DNA of 64,000 bases from Lama glama (lineage: Eukaryota): contig CM052816.1 of NCBI GenBank assembly GCA_028534125.1, forward strand, positions 79,114,001 through 79,178,000, written 5' to 3'. A program made the position numbers and the translations under genes. Below, piece by piece: positions 51,326 to 64,000 of this stretch. Under the pieces are notes generated by a model. The model was given only the letters and a program-made list of their open reading frames with translations, was not told the origin of the DNA and searched no databases. Each line of letters begins with the position of its first letter. Position 1 is the first letter of the stretch.

Positions 51326-53372
51326 GCCAGAAGTTTAGATCCAGTTCTGAGCTTGAGACCGCAGGCTGCCTCCTCCAAGGCGCCTGTAGGATGTACAGAG
51401 TCTCACCCTAAACTTCTGGGGCATGCTCAGCAGCTGCCAGCAGCAAGTAGAAGGTGAGGCCAATTTCAGGCTCTTGGAGTCTGGGCACAGGTGTTCCTGG
51501 GGGCTGCAGCACAAATTGGGAATGTTTCATGAGTAGGAAAACTGGAGAACTGACTGGGCAGCGGGGAGGACCCCAGGGCAGTGGAGCACTTGGGAGCCCC
51601 TCTCTCATTTTCACCAGTGCTTCATGTGGTGCGGTTAGTCCTGCATATTGCGGACACCGTTTTATTTTCTTTACTTGTGCCCCAAGTAGAACAGAAGACA
51701 AAAGGGGAAAATTTATCAGGATAATGAATACTCGAAGAACGGAATTTCTCCAAGACTTTTATTTGGCCCATCCTGAAAGTACAGTAGGCTCCCTAGATCA
51801 CTTTTAGATCCCAGAGAATCTGGGGATCCTAGAGCTGGGGGAAAAAAATAAGCCGTCAGAACTCATCTAATTGCGCCCCCGCCTTTATTTCCTAAGTGGG
51901 AAACAGGGTCAGAAAATGAGATGCCTTTTGCAAGAGCACACCAGACCTCCCTAATGGCACACTTTGGGAATTTACTCACAGTTTCTAACCTCAAAACCAT
52001 CCTTTTCTACAGATTCCACTCTCCCCTCTTTACAGTGGGGATTTCTAAATATCAGTAGTTTTTAAAACCCCGTTTTAAGCCAATTTTTAAATGATAGAGG
52101 TAATGGAGAAAAAAAGCTTCCTCCTTTCTTGAAAGTACACTGTCCTCCTGCCTCAGACTCCAAGAAAGGGGCTGGGGTGGTTTATGTGGTGCTGGAAGCC
52201 CCTCCTCTGCCCCAGAATGCCCGGGGGCTCATCAAGACCGGCATGAATGGCTGTGTCAGTGGAGACCCCTTCTCCCTTTCGCTCATTTCTTCCAAGAGTT
52301 GTATGTGAGTGAGAGCAGGCAGTCTGAGGGCATAGGGGTACTGTGTTTTATATAATTTTTGTTACCTTAGGCAACACAAATACGGGTATAAAAAACTAGA
52401 GAAACCCCCACACTATATATGTAGTTCTACAGCATCCTTCACTGGCCCAGTCGTCTTGGGACCTTTGTCTCCCAAACAACTCCCACTTCTCAACTTTGGA
52501 AAAATCTTTTCCTTCCCTCCTGATCTGGCTTCCTCTGCTGCTGAGACCCACAGATTCAAGAAAAATGCCCCATGATGGTGCATACTTTTAGACAGGACAT
52601 TGGTGTGATGGAGCATGTACCTCTCCCAAGGGTGAAGCTTCTCTTTCTTTAGGATCCCAGTATTGTCCTAGGATGGGGGATGTCCCAGTGTCCCATGCAT
52701 TTAGGATCCTGCAGGTCTGCCCCATGGGCCCCACAGTTGTCTTGCATGCCTTAATGGATGTGAAAAATTCAGGCTCCAACTGAGAAATTTCCTGCCAAAT
52801 ACATCTGAATCTCAAGCAGTCTGGCTCTAAGTGGTGGCCCCACATCCTTCTGCTTCAATGGCTGCTTCTTGGACTCACATTCAAGCACCCATATTTCTGG
52901 CTCCTACTCTAGCATGCATTTCCAGAGAGAAGGATTCCAGAAATAGCTCCGGTTGATTGTCCATTAGGAACCCTTCACACTCACATGCATAGGACTGTGC
53001 CCAAATTTCCACCAGTGCAGTTGTTTCTTTAGGACACAGTGTCTCCATATGTCCCTGGCTAAAAGGCAGTGTGTACCTTAGGATCAGGAATTCCTTCAGA
53101 CCTAGAATTGTGTTACACTGATGTGGAGACCACAGGTCCTAAGAAAGAATGTTTGGTGAGGGATTGCTACAGGTCAAAGCTGTAGGAAGGCACGATGTAG
53201 GTAGCTAGGCTGGGGCTTGCCCAGAGTGAGAAGGAGGGACTGAAGAAACTCTTCTTTCTCAGCTCACTGTCAGCTTTCTGTTGCCTTACCCTGGATTTCC
53301 CCACATCCCCCACCACAATTTCAGACTTTCTGTTCTTATTTTCACCAAAGTGATATTATGTATTGTTTCTAG

Positions 53373-53474
53373 ATGGAAGCCATTACTTCCTGTTGGAGCA
53401 AGTGTCTCAGATTCTTCAAGATCACGGTCATAATGTCACTATGCTTGTTAATACTGGACCTATTTTAGACCCAG
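53373..53474 (+). CDS. UGT3A1: UGT3A copy B exon 2 (DGSHYFLLEQVSQILQDHGHNVTMLVNTGPILDP)
   Basis: tttctag acceptor, gtatct donor, 102 nt. Confidence 0.85.
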
Positions 53475-55224
53475 GTATCTTTTTTTTTTTCATAATTATT
53501 GGTGTCTTCTATCCCAGCCAAAGAGAGGCAATGTCTTTTGGATAATCCTGCTTGTCACAAAATCTTTTTGAATCTAGTTGTACTGAAAGAATGGACAAAA
53601 TGTGTGTGTGTTTATGTTAAGTGGATATCTTATTAGCCTCGACATTTTATATGTCCACATTTTATCTCCTTATCTGGGTGTCACTTCATTGAAGGTAAGC
53701 CTCCATTCATTATTATTGAAAAATCAGTGGCTTCCCATGAGTTGTTTATAGTGATGTCAGAAGTTCTGAGTCACTGAATCCAAAAAATTTGAGTTAAAAT
53801 GAAGCTCATCAATCCTATCAATGCTTCTCTGTTGACAGACAAGGACACAGAGGCTCAGGGAACTTAAGTGGTTCGTTCGAGTTCACACAACAGGTTAATA
53901 GAGCTGGGTAAATGAGGGACTTTAAGCTTTAGACTTTTCCATCAGCGTTACCAAGGCTTAAATTTTTAAAAAAATTCTAAAAGTAAGCAGATTTGTTGAG
54001 AGAAAATCTAAGCAATTATAAAATTGTGAAGATGAACCTCAGGTTTTGCTACTGTTCAGACTGTTTTAAAACAGGTTTAATCATCTAGATTGAGTTCCGG
54101 ATTGTTCACTGAGTATCCTTTCTATATGTATTCCTCTGTATCTGCCTTGATTGTCAGTGTGATTTTGCATCTGCCTTGATTGTCAACCGTGATGGTTTCA
54201 GTACATGATTATTTCATTTTGGTGGTTCCCATGGCTTTGAGAAACTGCTGAAAGTTTTAGACTCTCATCTCTTTAACAAACTTACACTCTGTAAAATCTA
54301 CAAATAATTCAGCAATTCATGGATTCCTTTTAGTTTTATCCTTGGGTCCAAGTTTTAACAATTCAGATTTTCTTTCAATAGTCACAAATCAATGAAAATT
54401 TCTGAGGTTTTGAAATGAAATATTCATTTTTTTCTTTAACAGTGGACTTCGGTAGAGGTCTGCAAATAAGGAAAACATGTAATTGGGTTAATTTTGTTGG
54501 CCTGATTGAAAACTCAGTGTATTGAAACATTTGAACCTGTATTAACTACCTGCTTGGAGAATTTCCCTAGAGTGTTTTTTATTTACAACTTTAATAAATA
54601 AATGACTTCAGAAATACCGGTATGGTAGACGTTTCTAATGCTAAGATGTAGTATTACTTCAAGCAGTAACTGAAATCACAAGTATCAGATGCCACCCTAA
54701 AGAGAAACTTAGTTGTCCAAAGTTTGGACTCTTTCTCTTTCCCTCAGACAGATTCCTCTATCTTTTTGTCTACTAGGTGCACGTTCCTGAAGAAACAAGT
54801 CCTCTTTGTTTTGGGGAGTCTGTGCCATTAAATTGCTGAGCCCTATGGGCTGACACTCGAGCCAGCATCTGCCTGGAGGAACTGTCTCCTGAACAGACAG
54901 TTCTCACTCCTTTCAGCCAGTTAGTTCTTCCATCTTTGGATGTGTAGGTAGGAGAGCAGTTCAGCAGCTAAAGTAAGGAAGCTCTGTCTTGGAACTCAGG
55001 CTTTTAACTGGACTCATGGGCTCCTCCGATTATTTGTCAAGTGGTGGTGTTCACCTTAATCCTGAGAGTGAGATAGACAACATCTTAGTCTGCTTTCATC
55101 AAGGTGAAGTCAATTTTAAGGGTTAGTGGAGCTTAATAAATAAAGTACAACTATCTTTCCCTCTGAATTTTAGAACTGAATGAGAGAAATTACAGGAGTT
55201 AGCCAGATAATTAAAATGCCACCT

Positions 55225-56277
55225 TCTTTTTTGTAAATAAGTTTATGTCCTTTTATTTTTTTAAAGATTCCACACACGAGTGATTTTATATAGTATTTCT
55301 CTCCCTCTTTCTGGCTTAGTTCACTTAGTATGACCATCCTCCAGGTCCATCCCTGTTGCTGCAAATGGCATCATTTTATAATTTTTATGGCCAAGTAGTA
55401 TTCCATTGTGTATATATATTACAACTTTTTTTATACATACATCTGTGGATGGACATTTAGGTTGCTTCCATGTCATGGCTGTTGTATTTAGTAGTGCTGC
55501 TATGAACATTGGGGTACATGTATCTTTTCTAATTAGAGTCTCTTCCAGATATATGCCCAGGAATGGGATTCCTGGACCATAGGGTAGGTCTATTTTCAGT
55601 TTTTTAAGGAATCTCTGTACTGCTTTCCATAATAGGTTTCAGCAAACTACATTCCCGCCAGCAATGTAGGAGGGTTTCCTTTCTCCACAGCCTCTCCAGC
55701 ATTTATTGTTTGTGGACTTTTGAATGGTGGCCATTCTGACCAGTGTGAAGTGATACCTCATTGTAGTTTTGCTTTGCATTTCTTTGATAATTAGTGATAT
55801 TGAGCTTGTTTCATGTTTTTGTGTGCCTATTGGCCACTTGTATGTCTTCACAGGAGAAATGTTTGTTTAGGTCTTTTGCCCATATTTGGATAGGGTTGTT
55901 TGTTTTTGTTATTGAGTTGTATGAGCTGTTTGTACATCCTGGAGAAAAAAAGGACACAAATGAACTTATTTATAAACAAAGACAGACTCAGACATCAGAA
56001 GCAAGTTTATGTTTACCAGAGGAGAAAGGGGTGGGGAGGGATAAATTGGGAGTTTGGAATTTGTAGATACTAACCATTATATAGAAAATAGATTAACAAC
56101 AAGGTCCTACTGTATAGCACAGGAAACTATATTCAATACCTTGTAATGGCCTGTAATTAAAAAGAATATATGTGTATATGTGTATATATATACATATATA
56201 TGTATAAATGAATCATTATGCTGTACACCAGAAATTAACACAGCATTGTAAATTGACTGTAATTCAATTTAAAAAAA
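55225..56277. mobile_element. 5'-inverted L1 (antisense ~55225-55937, then sense ~55945-56277)
   Basis: Minus-strand ORFs 55321..55509 and 55639..55851 are ORF2p C-terminus; the sense segment is the 3' UTR with A tail. Confidence 0.8.
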
Positions 56278-56784
56278 GAAAGAAGAAGTGAATGTTGTTG
56301 TAGAACACTTTAACCTGAAATCAGAAACTGTTCTAAAATTTGAAGTTAAATCAGCATAGATTTCAATGGCAAAAACAAAATCAGGGAAAGAAAACAAAAT
56401 ATTTTCAACATTAAAAAAAGAAATAGGCCTTTATGAATGAGCAATGGCTAATGCCCAATTTGAAGATGCTTTTGGACACACTCTTAACAATTTGATGCAT
56501 GTTAATGCAAAACAAAATACATTTTTTCTGTGTCTGGAATATTTGTTACCAAAGATCAAGACCATCAGATAATGGAAAGATACTTTGTGTGCTTTAAATT
56601 TTCATTTCAGGAGTGAAAAATTCCAATATTAAATATGTATGGTATTACCTTTCAAATTTTTATATGATTTTTAGTTAACATTTTATGTTAATGTTCCATT
56701 TCTTTTTAATATTCTTTGTTAGCAAATGCCTGTATCAGGCTAAGATCACTTAACAGTTATATTAAATCCTGTTATATTAGTTTT

Positions 56785-56961
56785 TTCCTCCTAGTTTTAT
56801 TGAGATATTATTGACATGATATGTAAGCTCATGTTGTACAATGTGATGAGTTAATACACATAAATATTGTGAAATGATTACCACTCTTTTGTTTTCCATT
56901 TGCGTGGACTATCTTTTTCCAGCTCTTGTAATGGCCTATAATGAAAAAGAGTACAAAAAGA

Positions 56962-57009
<48 letters not shown>

Positions 57010-59590
57010 AAATGAATCATTATTCTGTACACCAGAAATTAACACAACATTGTATATTGACTGTACTTCAATAAAAAAAATGAAAGAAGAAGTGAATGTT
57101 GTAGAACACTTTAACTGAGTTTATGTCTATCCTTAAAGCTGAAGCGACTCTTTTGTAAGCAGTATCTAGTGGAGTCTTGTGTTTTTAATCCATTCAGTCA
57201 TGATACAACTTTTGATTGGATAATTTAATCTAATTAAATTTAAAGTAATTGATAGGTAAGGATTACCTAATGCTACTTTATTAATTGTTTTCTGACTATT
57301 TTGTAGTTTCCCTGTTCCATTCTTCATCTTTTGCTGTCTTTCTTTGAGAATTGATGATTTTCCTAGTGCTATGCTTTGATTCCTTTCTCGTCAGCTTTTG
57401 TGTCTCAGCTGTAGGTTTTTGCTTTGTGGTTACAGTGAAACTAACACACAAGTTCTTATAGATGTAACAGTCTATTTTAAGCTGATAACTTAATTTCATT
57501 GGCATACAAAAACTCTACCCTTTTACTCCTCACCCAATATTTTAATGTTTTTGATTGTATAATTTACCTCTTTTTATATTGTATATCTATCAACAAATTA
57601 TCATAGCTATGGTTATTATTAAAAGTTTGTCCTTTAACCCCTTCACTAGAGTTCAGTGATTAACCCACTACCATATTACAGTATTACAGCATTCTAAATT
57701 TAAGTATATATTTACCTTTACCTGTATGTATGTTTTATATGTTCAAATTTTTCATGTTACTAATTAACATCCTTTCATTTCAACTTGAAAACCTCTTTTC
57801 AGTATTTCTTGTAAGGCAGATCTCATGGTGATGGACTTCCTCAGTTTTTGTTTGTGTGGGAAAGTATTTTTCTCTCCAGTTCTGAAAGAACATTGCCAGG
57901 TAAATTATTCTTGGTCGGCAGGTTTTTTTTTTTTTTGGTTTCTCTTTTTGCACTCTGAATATACTATATGACTCTCAGCCTGCAAGGTTTGTGCTGAAAA
58001 ATCTGTTGATAGCCTTAAGGGGGTTTTCTTATACTCGAGGAAATTTTTTCTCTTGTTGCTTTAAAAAGTTTATCTTTGTCTTTGATTTTAGGTAGTTTTA
58101 TTATAATGTGCCTTGAAGAAGATTGTTTTAGATGGAAATTTTTGTGTTAACTATTAGATTCATGAACTTTAATACCCAAATAGCTCCCCAGATTTGGAAA
58201 GTTCTCAGCCATTATTTCTTTAAATAAGCTTTCTGCCCTTTTCTTCCTCTCTTCTCTTCCTAGAACTACAATAATGTGTACAATATTTCTTTTAATAGTA
58301 TGCCGTAGTTCACATAGGTTTTCTTCATTCTTTTTTGTTCCTTTTTCTTTTCATCCTCTGACTGGGTGATTTAAAATAATTTGTCTTTAGTTCATTAATT
58401 CTTTTTTCTGATGAGTCTGTTGCTGAAGCTTCCTAGTGAATTCTTCAGGACAACCACTGTCTTCTTCAACTCTAAGATTTCTGTTTTTCTTGTTTAATGG
58501 TTTCTGTTTCTTTGTTGAACTCCTCATTTTGCTCATGTATTTTTTCCTAATTTTATTTAGTTGTTTATTTGTGTTTTCTTGTAGTTCACCGAATAGCTTT
58601 AAGATGATTATTCTGAATTTTTGTCAAAAAGTTTATAGACCTCATTTCTTCAGTCTTTGGAATTTCATTACTTTCCTTTACGGTGTCATGTTTTCTTGAT
58701 ATTTATAATTCTTGTGGCCTTGCATTGGTGCCTATGCATTGGAAGAAGCAGGCAGTTTTTACAGAATGGCTTGAGCAGGCAAAGTCCTTCACCAGTCAGC
58801 TCATCCAGATATTCTGAGTGAGCCATCTGGACATGTCTGTGAACAGGTTTGCTGTTGGAATATTTGTCCAGGCAGAGGGCTGACTGTGAGCTTGGGGCTA
58901 CAGGAGCTGCCCAGGTCTGTGGGAGCTAGCTAATGCAGGGATGTATTGGGAGCCTGGGTTCACAGAAGCCTGTTGGGAGCCTGGTACCAAGGGAGCCACC
59001 TGGCTTAAAGGTGGGCCAGGAGCCTGAGTTTGTTGGAATATTGTGTCACAAGGGCCACCTGGGCCCATGGAAGCCAGCTGGCAGTAGGGTGGGCCAATGA
59101 TCCTGGGTTGTGAGAGCCTTCAAGAGTCTAGGACCAAGGGAGCCTCCTGGGGCTATGGAAGCTGGCAGGCCAGAGGGTAGGCCAAGGACCTGGGTTTGTG
59201 GGAACCTGCTGGGAGCCTGGTGCCACAGAAGACATGTGTGACTGTGGAAGACAGCCCAGTGCTGGGTTGGGCCAGTCTTGGGGTCCATGGAACAGTTGGA
59301 TCTCACTTCACTTTCCTTCTCCCATGGGAAAAGTATCTATCCCTTTGCTGGACTGCCTGGGCTTGGTGGAAAGGTCAGGTGGGTAATGTGACTCTATCTT
59401 TCCTACTGTTTCAATGCGCTTTCTCTCATTTCTGTGCTTCACCGAGGTGCTGTGATCCCTCACCTGGAAGTCTTAGCTCTTGTGAAATTATTTTCATGCA
59501 TTTGCTCAATCGACAGTTGCTCAAATTGATGTTTCTGTGAGAGGACAGGAACTAGAAAATCTTAAATTACCAGTTTACTGATGTCACTCT
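56785..59590 (-). mobile_element. Antisense L1: ~100-bp 3' end joined directly to the ORF2 start, ORF1 and 5' UTR (probable internal deletion), interrupted at 56925-57115
   Basis: 3' tail ctagttttattgagatattattgaca; ttccatttgcgtggactatcttttt; ORF1-type gttctcagccattatttctttaaata; GC-rich 58750-59500. Confidence 0.7.
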
Positions 59591-62500
59591 TAGAGTATGT
59601 TGTTTACCATCCAATATTTGTGAGAGTCTCTAAGTTTTTTTCTGTTTCTGATTTCCAATTTCATTCTACTATGGTTGGAGAAAATAACCATGTATTATTT
59701 TTATCTTTTTAGTTTATCATGCTTTTTTAACGGCTGACATATGATGTGTCCTAGAGAATGTTCTATGTGCATTTGAGAAGAATGTATATTCTGCTGATGT
59801 TGAGTGAAGGGCTTTATAAATGCCTGTTATGTATAGTTGGCTTATAGTATTGTTCAAACATTTGATTTCCTTGTTGATATTCTGCTTAAATTTATATCCA
59901 TTTTGGTTCCTTTATTTTCCATTTTTTATCTTCTTTTCAATAAGTGTATATTTTTTATTTTGTATTTTAAGTTCTTTAATAATTCTTTTCACTATTTTAA
60001 TAGTTTTCCCTTAACAGTTGTTTTTGGGATTCCTGTGTGCATCTTTTCTTATTGGAATCACCTACAGATTTGTACTAACTTAATTCCAATGGTAATTTTG
60101 TTATACACATTACATGTATAAATGTTACTGACCCAAAAATACTTTATTATTATTATTATTTTATTTTTATGTTTTTTAGAAGAGCTTTAAAAAAGAAAGA
60201 AGAACAAGTATATATGTATAGATTTTGTTTTATTAAACTTACTATTTTTTACTTATGTTTCTCTTCATTTTTTTCTGAGTGTTAATATCACCTGGATTCT
60301 TTTTCTTGGCCCAATACAGCTTTGCTCCTCTCCTTTGCTTTGGTGCTATTGTTGACAAATGTATTACATTTCCATATGTTATAGGCCTAATAATATATAT
60401 ATAAGTTGTTTCATAGAATTCATTTTCGAATCACTTACAAGAGCTTTTAAGATAAGCAGATAGGTCTGTTTTGTGGGAAGACTGAGCATGTTTCAGTCGG
60501 CTGCTCTGTACTGGGCCCTGGAGAGTTAGCCGCGGCAGGTCTTCATGAATGCGGATGAAGAACTGCTTCTTAGTTTGCTGTACCCTTGTGGGTCTTGAGA
60601 ATGCCAATCCTGTTGCTTTGAAATCTAGATGTTTTCGAGGCATCTCTATCAGGTAGAGATCTTAAATATTGGGGCACCAGATGTGGGGTTCAAACCCTTT
60701 GCTCCTCAGGGAGAAGCTGAGACTTGTGAGTTCCTTCCCAACTGTGGCTTGCTGTGTCAGGGGTCGGGTTTCTGGCAAGAGTGTGTCTCACTTCTCCTAC
60801 CCATTTCAATGTGGATCTTTTTCTTGTTCACCTGATGTACAGGAGTCACTCAGCTGGTTTCTGGATTTCTTTCAGAGGGAATTGATCCATATGTAGCTAC
60901 AGATTTGACAGGTCCATAAGTTCAGGAGCCTCCTATGTCACCATCTTGAACTGGAGCTGACAACTTCATTCTTTTCTGTGCGGAGATCTAGTTTTCCAGT
61001 ATCATTTGTTGACCTTTCCCATTGAATGGTCATGGCCCTGTGTCAAAAATATTTTGAGAGGGGCTCTCTATTCTATTCCATTGGTCTGCATGTCTGTTTT
61101 TATGACAGTTTCATACTGTAATAATTGCTGTAGTTTTGTAGTAAGTTTTCAAATCAAGAAGTGTGAGTCTTCCAGCTTTATTTTTCTTTATCCAGATTGT
61201 TTTTGCTACTTGAGACTTTCGAGATTTTATATGAGTTAGGACGGATTTTTCCATTACTGCAAAAGACATCATTGGTATTTTGATAGGGATTGCATTGAAT
61301 CTGTAGATCAGTTTGGGTAGTATTGACATATCAACAATATTGAGTCTTCTAATTCATGAACATGGGATAGATCTGCATTTATTTATGTCTTCTCTAATTT
61401 CCTTCAGCATTGTTTTGCAGTCTTAATTTTACAAATCTTTCACTTGTTTGGTTAAATTAAATCTCAAGTAGTTCATTCTTTTTGATACTATTATATATAG
61501 AATGATTTTTGACTATTAGAAAAATATTTTCTAAATATTTCCTTTTTAGAGTGTTCATTTATGGTGTATAGAAATGCAACTGATTTTTATGTGTTGACTT
61601 TTTATCATTCTACTTTACTTTGATAAATTCATTTACTAACTCTAACTTTTTTGTAGAATCTTCAGCGTTTTCAATATATAAGGTCATGTCGTCTGTGAAG
61701 AGATTATTTTACTTCTTCCTTTCCAGTGTGAATGCCCTTCCCTCCTTTCCTTCCTTCTTTTGCCTAATTATTGTCTAGATCTTCCAATACTATACTGAAA
61801 GGAAATGGTGAAAGAGAGTTTTCTTGTCTTGTTCCTGATCTTAGAGGAAAGTTTTCATTCTTTCTTCACTGTGTATGATGTTTGCTGTTGGTTTTTCATA
61901 TATGGCTTTTATTATGTTGAGGTAATTACCTCCTATTCCTAGTTTGTTGAGTGTTTGTATCATGAATGGATGTTGAATTTTGTCAAATGCATTTCCTGTG
62001 TCATCTGCGGTAATCATGTGGTTTTTGTCCTTCATTTTGTTAATGATTGATTTTCATATATTTTCATTCTGTTATTGATTGGTTTTCATATATTGAGTCG
62101 TCCTTGCCTTCCAGGAATAATCTTAGTTGGTCATTATGTATAATCCTCTTCATATTCTGTTGAATTAGATTTGTTGCTATTTTGCTGAGGATTTTTCATC
62201 AATATTCACAAGGGATATTAGTTTGTAGTTTTCTTTTTTTGTAGTGTCCTTGTCTGTCCTTGGTGTCAGGGAAATGCTGGTCCCATAAAATAAGTTTGAA
62301 AGTGTTTTCTACCTTTTCAGCTTTGGGGAACAATTTGAGAAGGATTGGTATTAATCCTTCTTTAGATGCTTGATAGAATTTAGCAGTGAAGCCATTGGGT
62401 CCAGGAATTTCTTTTGTTGGGAGATTTTGACTACTGATTTATTCTCCTTATTATAGGCCTATTCAGATTTTCTATTTCTTTGTGATTTACAATTTGATTG

Positions 62501-62700
62501 GTTTTATGTCTACAGGAATTATAACATTTCATGCAGCTTATCTAATTTGTTGGCGTATAGTTGTTCACAATATTCTCTTATAATACTTATTTCCATAGAG
62601 TTGGTAGCAATGACACCATTTTCATTTTCGATTTTGGTAATTTGAGTATTCTCTCTCTCTCCTTTTTTTTTTTATAGTCTAGCTAGCTAAAGATTTGTTG
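59590..62700 (-). mobile_element. Nested antisense L1 fragments (ORF2 pieces and a 5'-end piece at ~60430-60955)
   Basis: ORFs 61111..61329 ([19 protein letters not shown]) and 61841..62035 (KNHMI...[10 protein letters not shown]...[14 protein letters not shown]) are L1 ORF2p RT. Confidence 0.85.
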
Positions 62701-63248
62701 GTTTTACTTATCGTTTTCCTCTGAAATTTGCAAGCCCTCAAAGGACTATACAAATTTCTAAAATAGTTATTTTCAACAGATTTCTTTTAGTGCAATTATT
62801 GTCAAGGTAAGGAGACAGATTCCTAACACTCTCTACTCTACCATCTTCCCAGAATCCTCCCTACTGCCATTTGATATATAGCTTTTTTGTTATATATGTT
62901 ATACACACACACACACATAATTTAATACAGAATGTACCACTCACTATGTATGCAATCTTGAAAAATTTTCTGACTCTCCATTCAGCTTTGTTTTTTCACT
63001 TGTAAAATAAGAAATACCTTTAAGTGAAGGCTTTAAATGGAAACTTCTAGTACTTTAAATTGTATAAAATGACTGAAGAATTGTAAGATTCTCAATATTT
63101 TCAGGTTATATGATGGAAGAAATGAGAAAGCAAAAAAAAAAGCAAACATTCAAATATGTATTAAACTATTGGAATAAACAGATTATGATTTCATGTTAAT
63201 ATTGATCTAGGTTGACATTTAAATATTTACCTATTGGTGTTTTCTTAG

Positions 63249-63363
63249 ATTTAAAAAAGAAGGGAAAATCATTTCAAGTTATCAGTTGGTTTCTATCTGA
63301 AGATGATGTAAATGAATTAAGGAAACATTTTGAGTTCTTTGTCACAGAAGCTTTGCACGGCAG
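63249..63363 (+). CDS. UGT3A1: UGT3A copy B exon 3 (DLKKKGKSFQVISWFLSEDDVNELRKHFEFFVTEALHGR); gene continues past the window
   Basis: ttcttag acceptor, gtaatt donor, 115 nt; KHF and AL.GR resemble recalled human UGT3A1. Confidence 0.85.
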
Positions 63364-64000
63364 GTAATTTATTTTATTTTCTCAATGAAAGACCTACTAT
63401 TTTAATGATACAAATGAATGGATGAATACATGAATGCTTGGAGTGACTTCAAGAGAAATAGATGGGTTGATGGGTGAATGGATGGAGGAAGGGATCAATG
63501 ATGGGGATGGTGGGTGGATGGAATAGATGAGGCTTGCACTCCCAACCATTTGGTCTGTATACTGTCCCTCTTCCATGAAAAGCATGAATGGATTTCTGTA
63601 TAGTGTGTGTGTTGGGGGGCTTTTTCTCCTGAATCTTCTTGGCAATACTGCACCTACAGTCTTTATGTATACTATCCCTAATGCAGAAGGAAGGATAGAC
63701 AACTTAATTTCTCATTGCTGATAACAAAGCAGAGCCACTGTTTTATACTTATTTATTCCCCCTTCTCCTCATGTATCTCCATTTTCAAGAATGGAAAAAC
63801 ACTTATGAATATTGATTTTCCATACCTTGAAATGCTCATCTTTTAACCTTTTAAACTCATTTTAAAAACCCCTAATACCTTGATTGATGATACACAGTGT
63901 GAGATGGGCCTGAAAGGTTTTTTTTTTTGATTACCTGGAATGTACAGAAATTCTTCATTTTTGACATAAAAAAGAAAGACATAAATTCATGCCTCACTTG

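Noticed and set aside
54600..55220. Unique-looking segment in copy B intron 2 tested as a retrocopy or extra exon
   Set aside because: The frames I translated gave no recognisable protein and had early stops; a BLAST search would be needed.

Overview
Mammalian genomic DNA (AT-rich, GT-AG introns, L1/MIR/MER repeats). It is probably a cetartiodactyl and possibly a camelid, inferred from recalled L1 tail sequences and the apparent absence of primate, rodent, ruminant and pig SINEs. All genes lie on the + strand. The window opens with the last 11 coding exons of LMBRD2 (120-12127) and a ~5.5 kb 3' UTR. A UGT3A (UDP-glycosyltransferase 3A) tandem cluster follows: a decayed relic keeping only exon 4 and the last exon (24077-27551), an intact-looking UGT3A2-like gene with exons 1-4 (32829-44350; exons 5-7 not visible, probably inside a 500-N gap at 45889-46388), and exons 1-3 of a UGT3A1-like gene (50970-63363) running off the window. 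I found no evidence of a wholly new biological system. The most notable signals are evolutionary and DNA-repair scars: an intronic tract ~98% identical between otherwise diverged paralogs, the third UGT3A relic, telomeric repeats at an L1/ERV-L junction, a locally copied L1 tail plus flank, and a 67-bp direct repeat flanking an L1. Gene and repeat names come from recall, not database searches.
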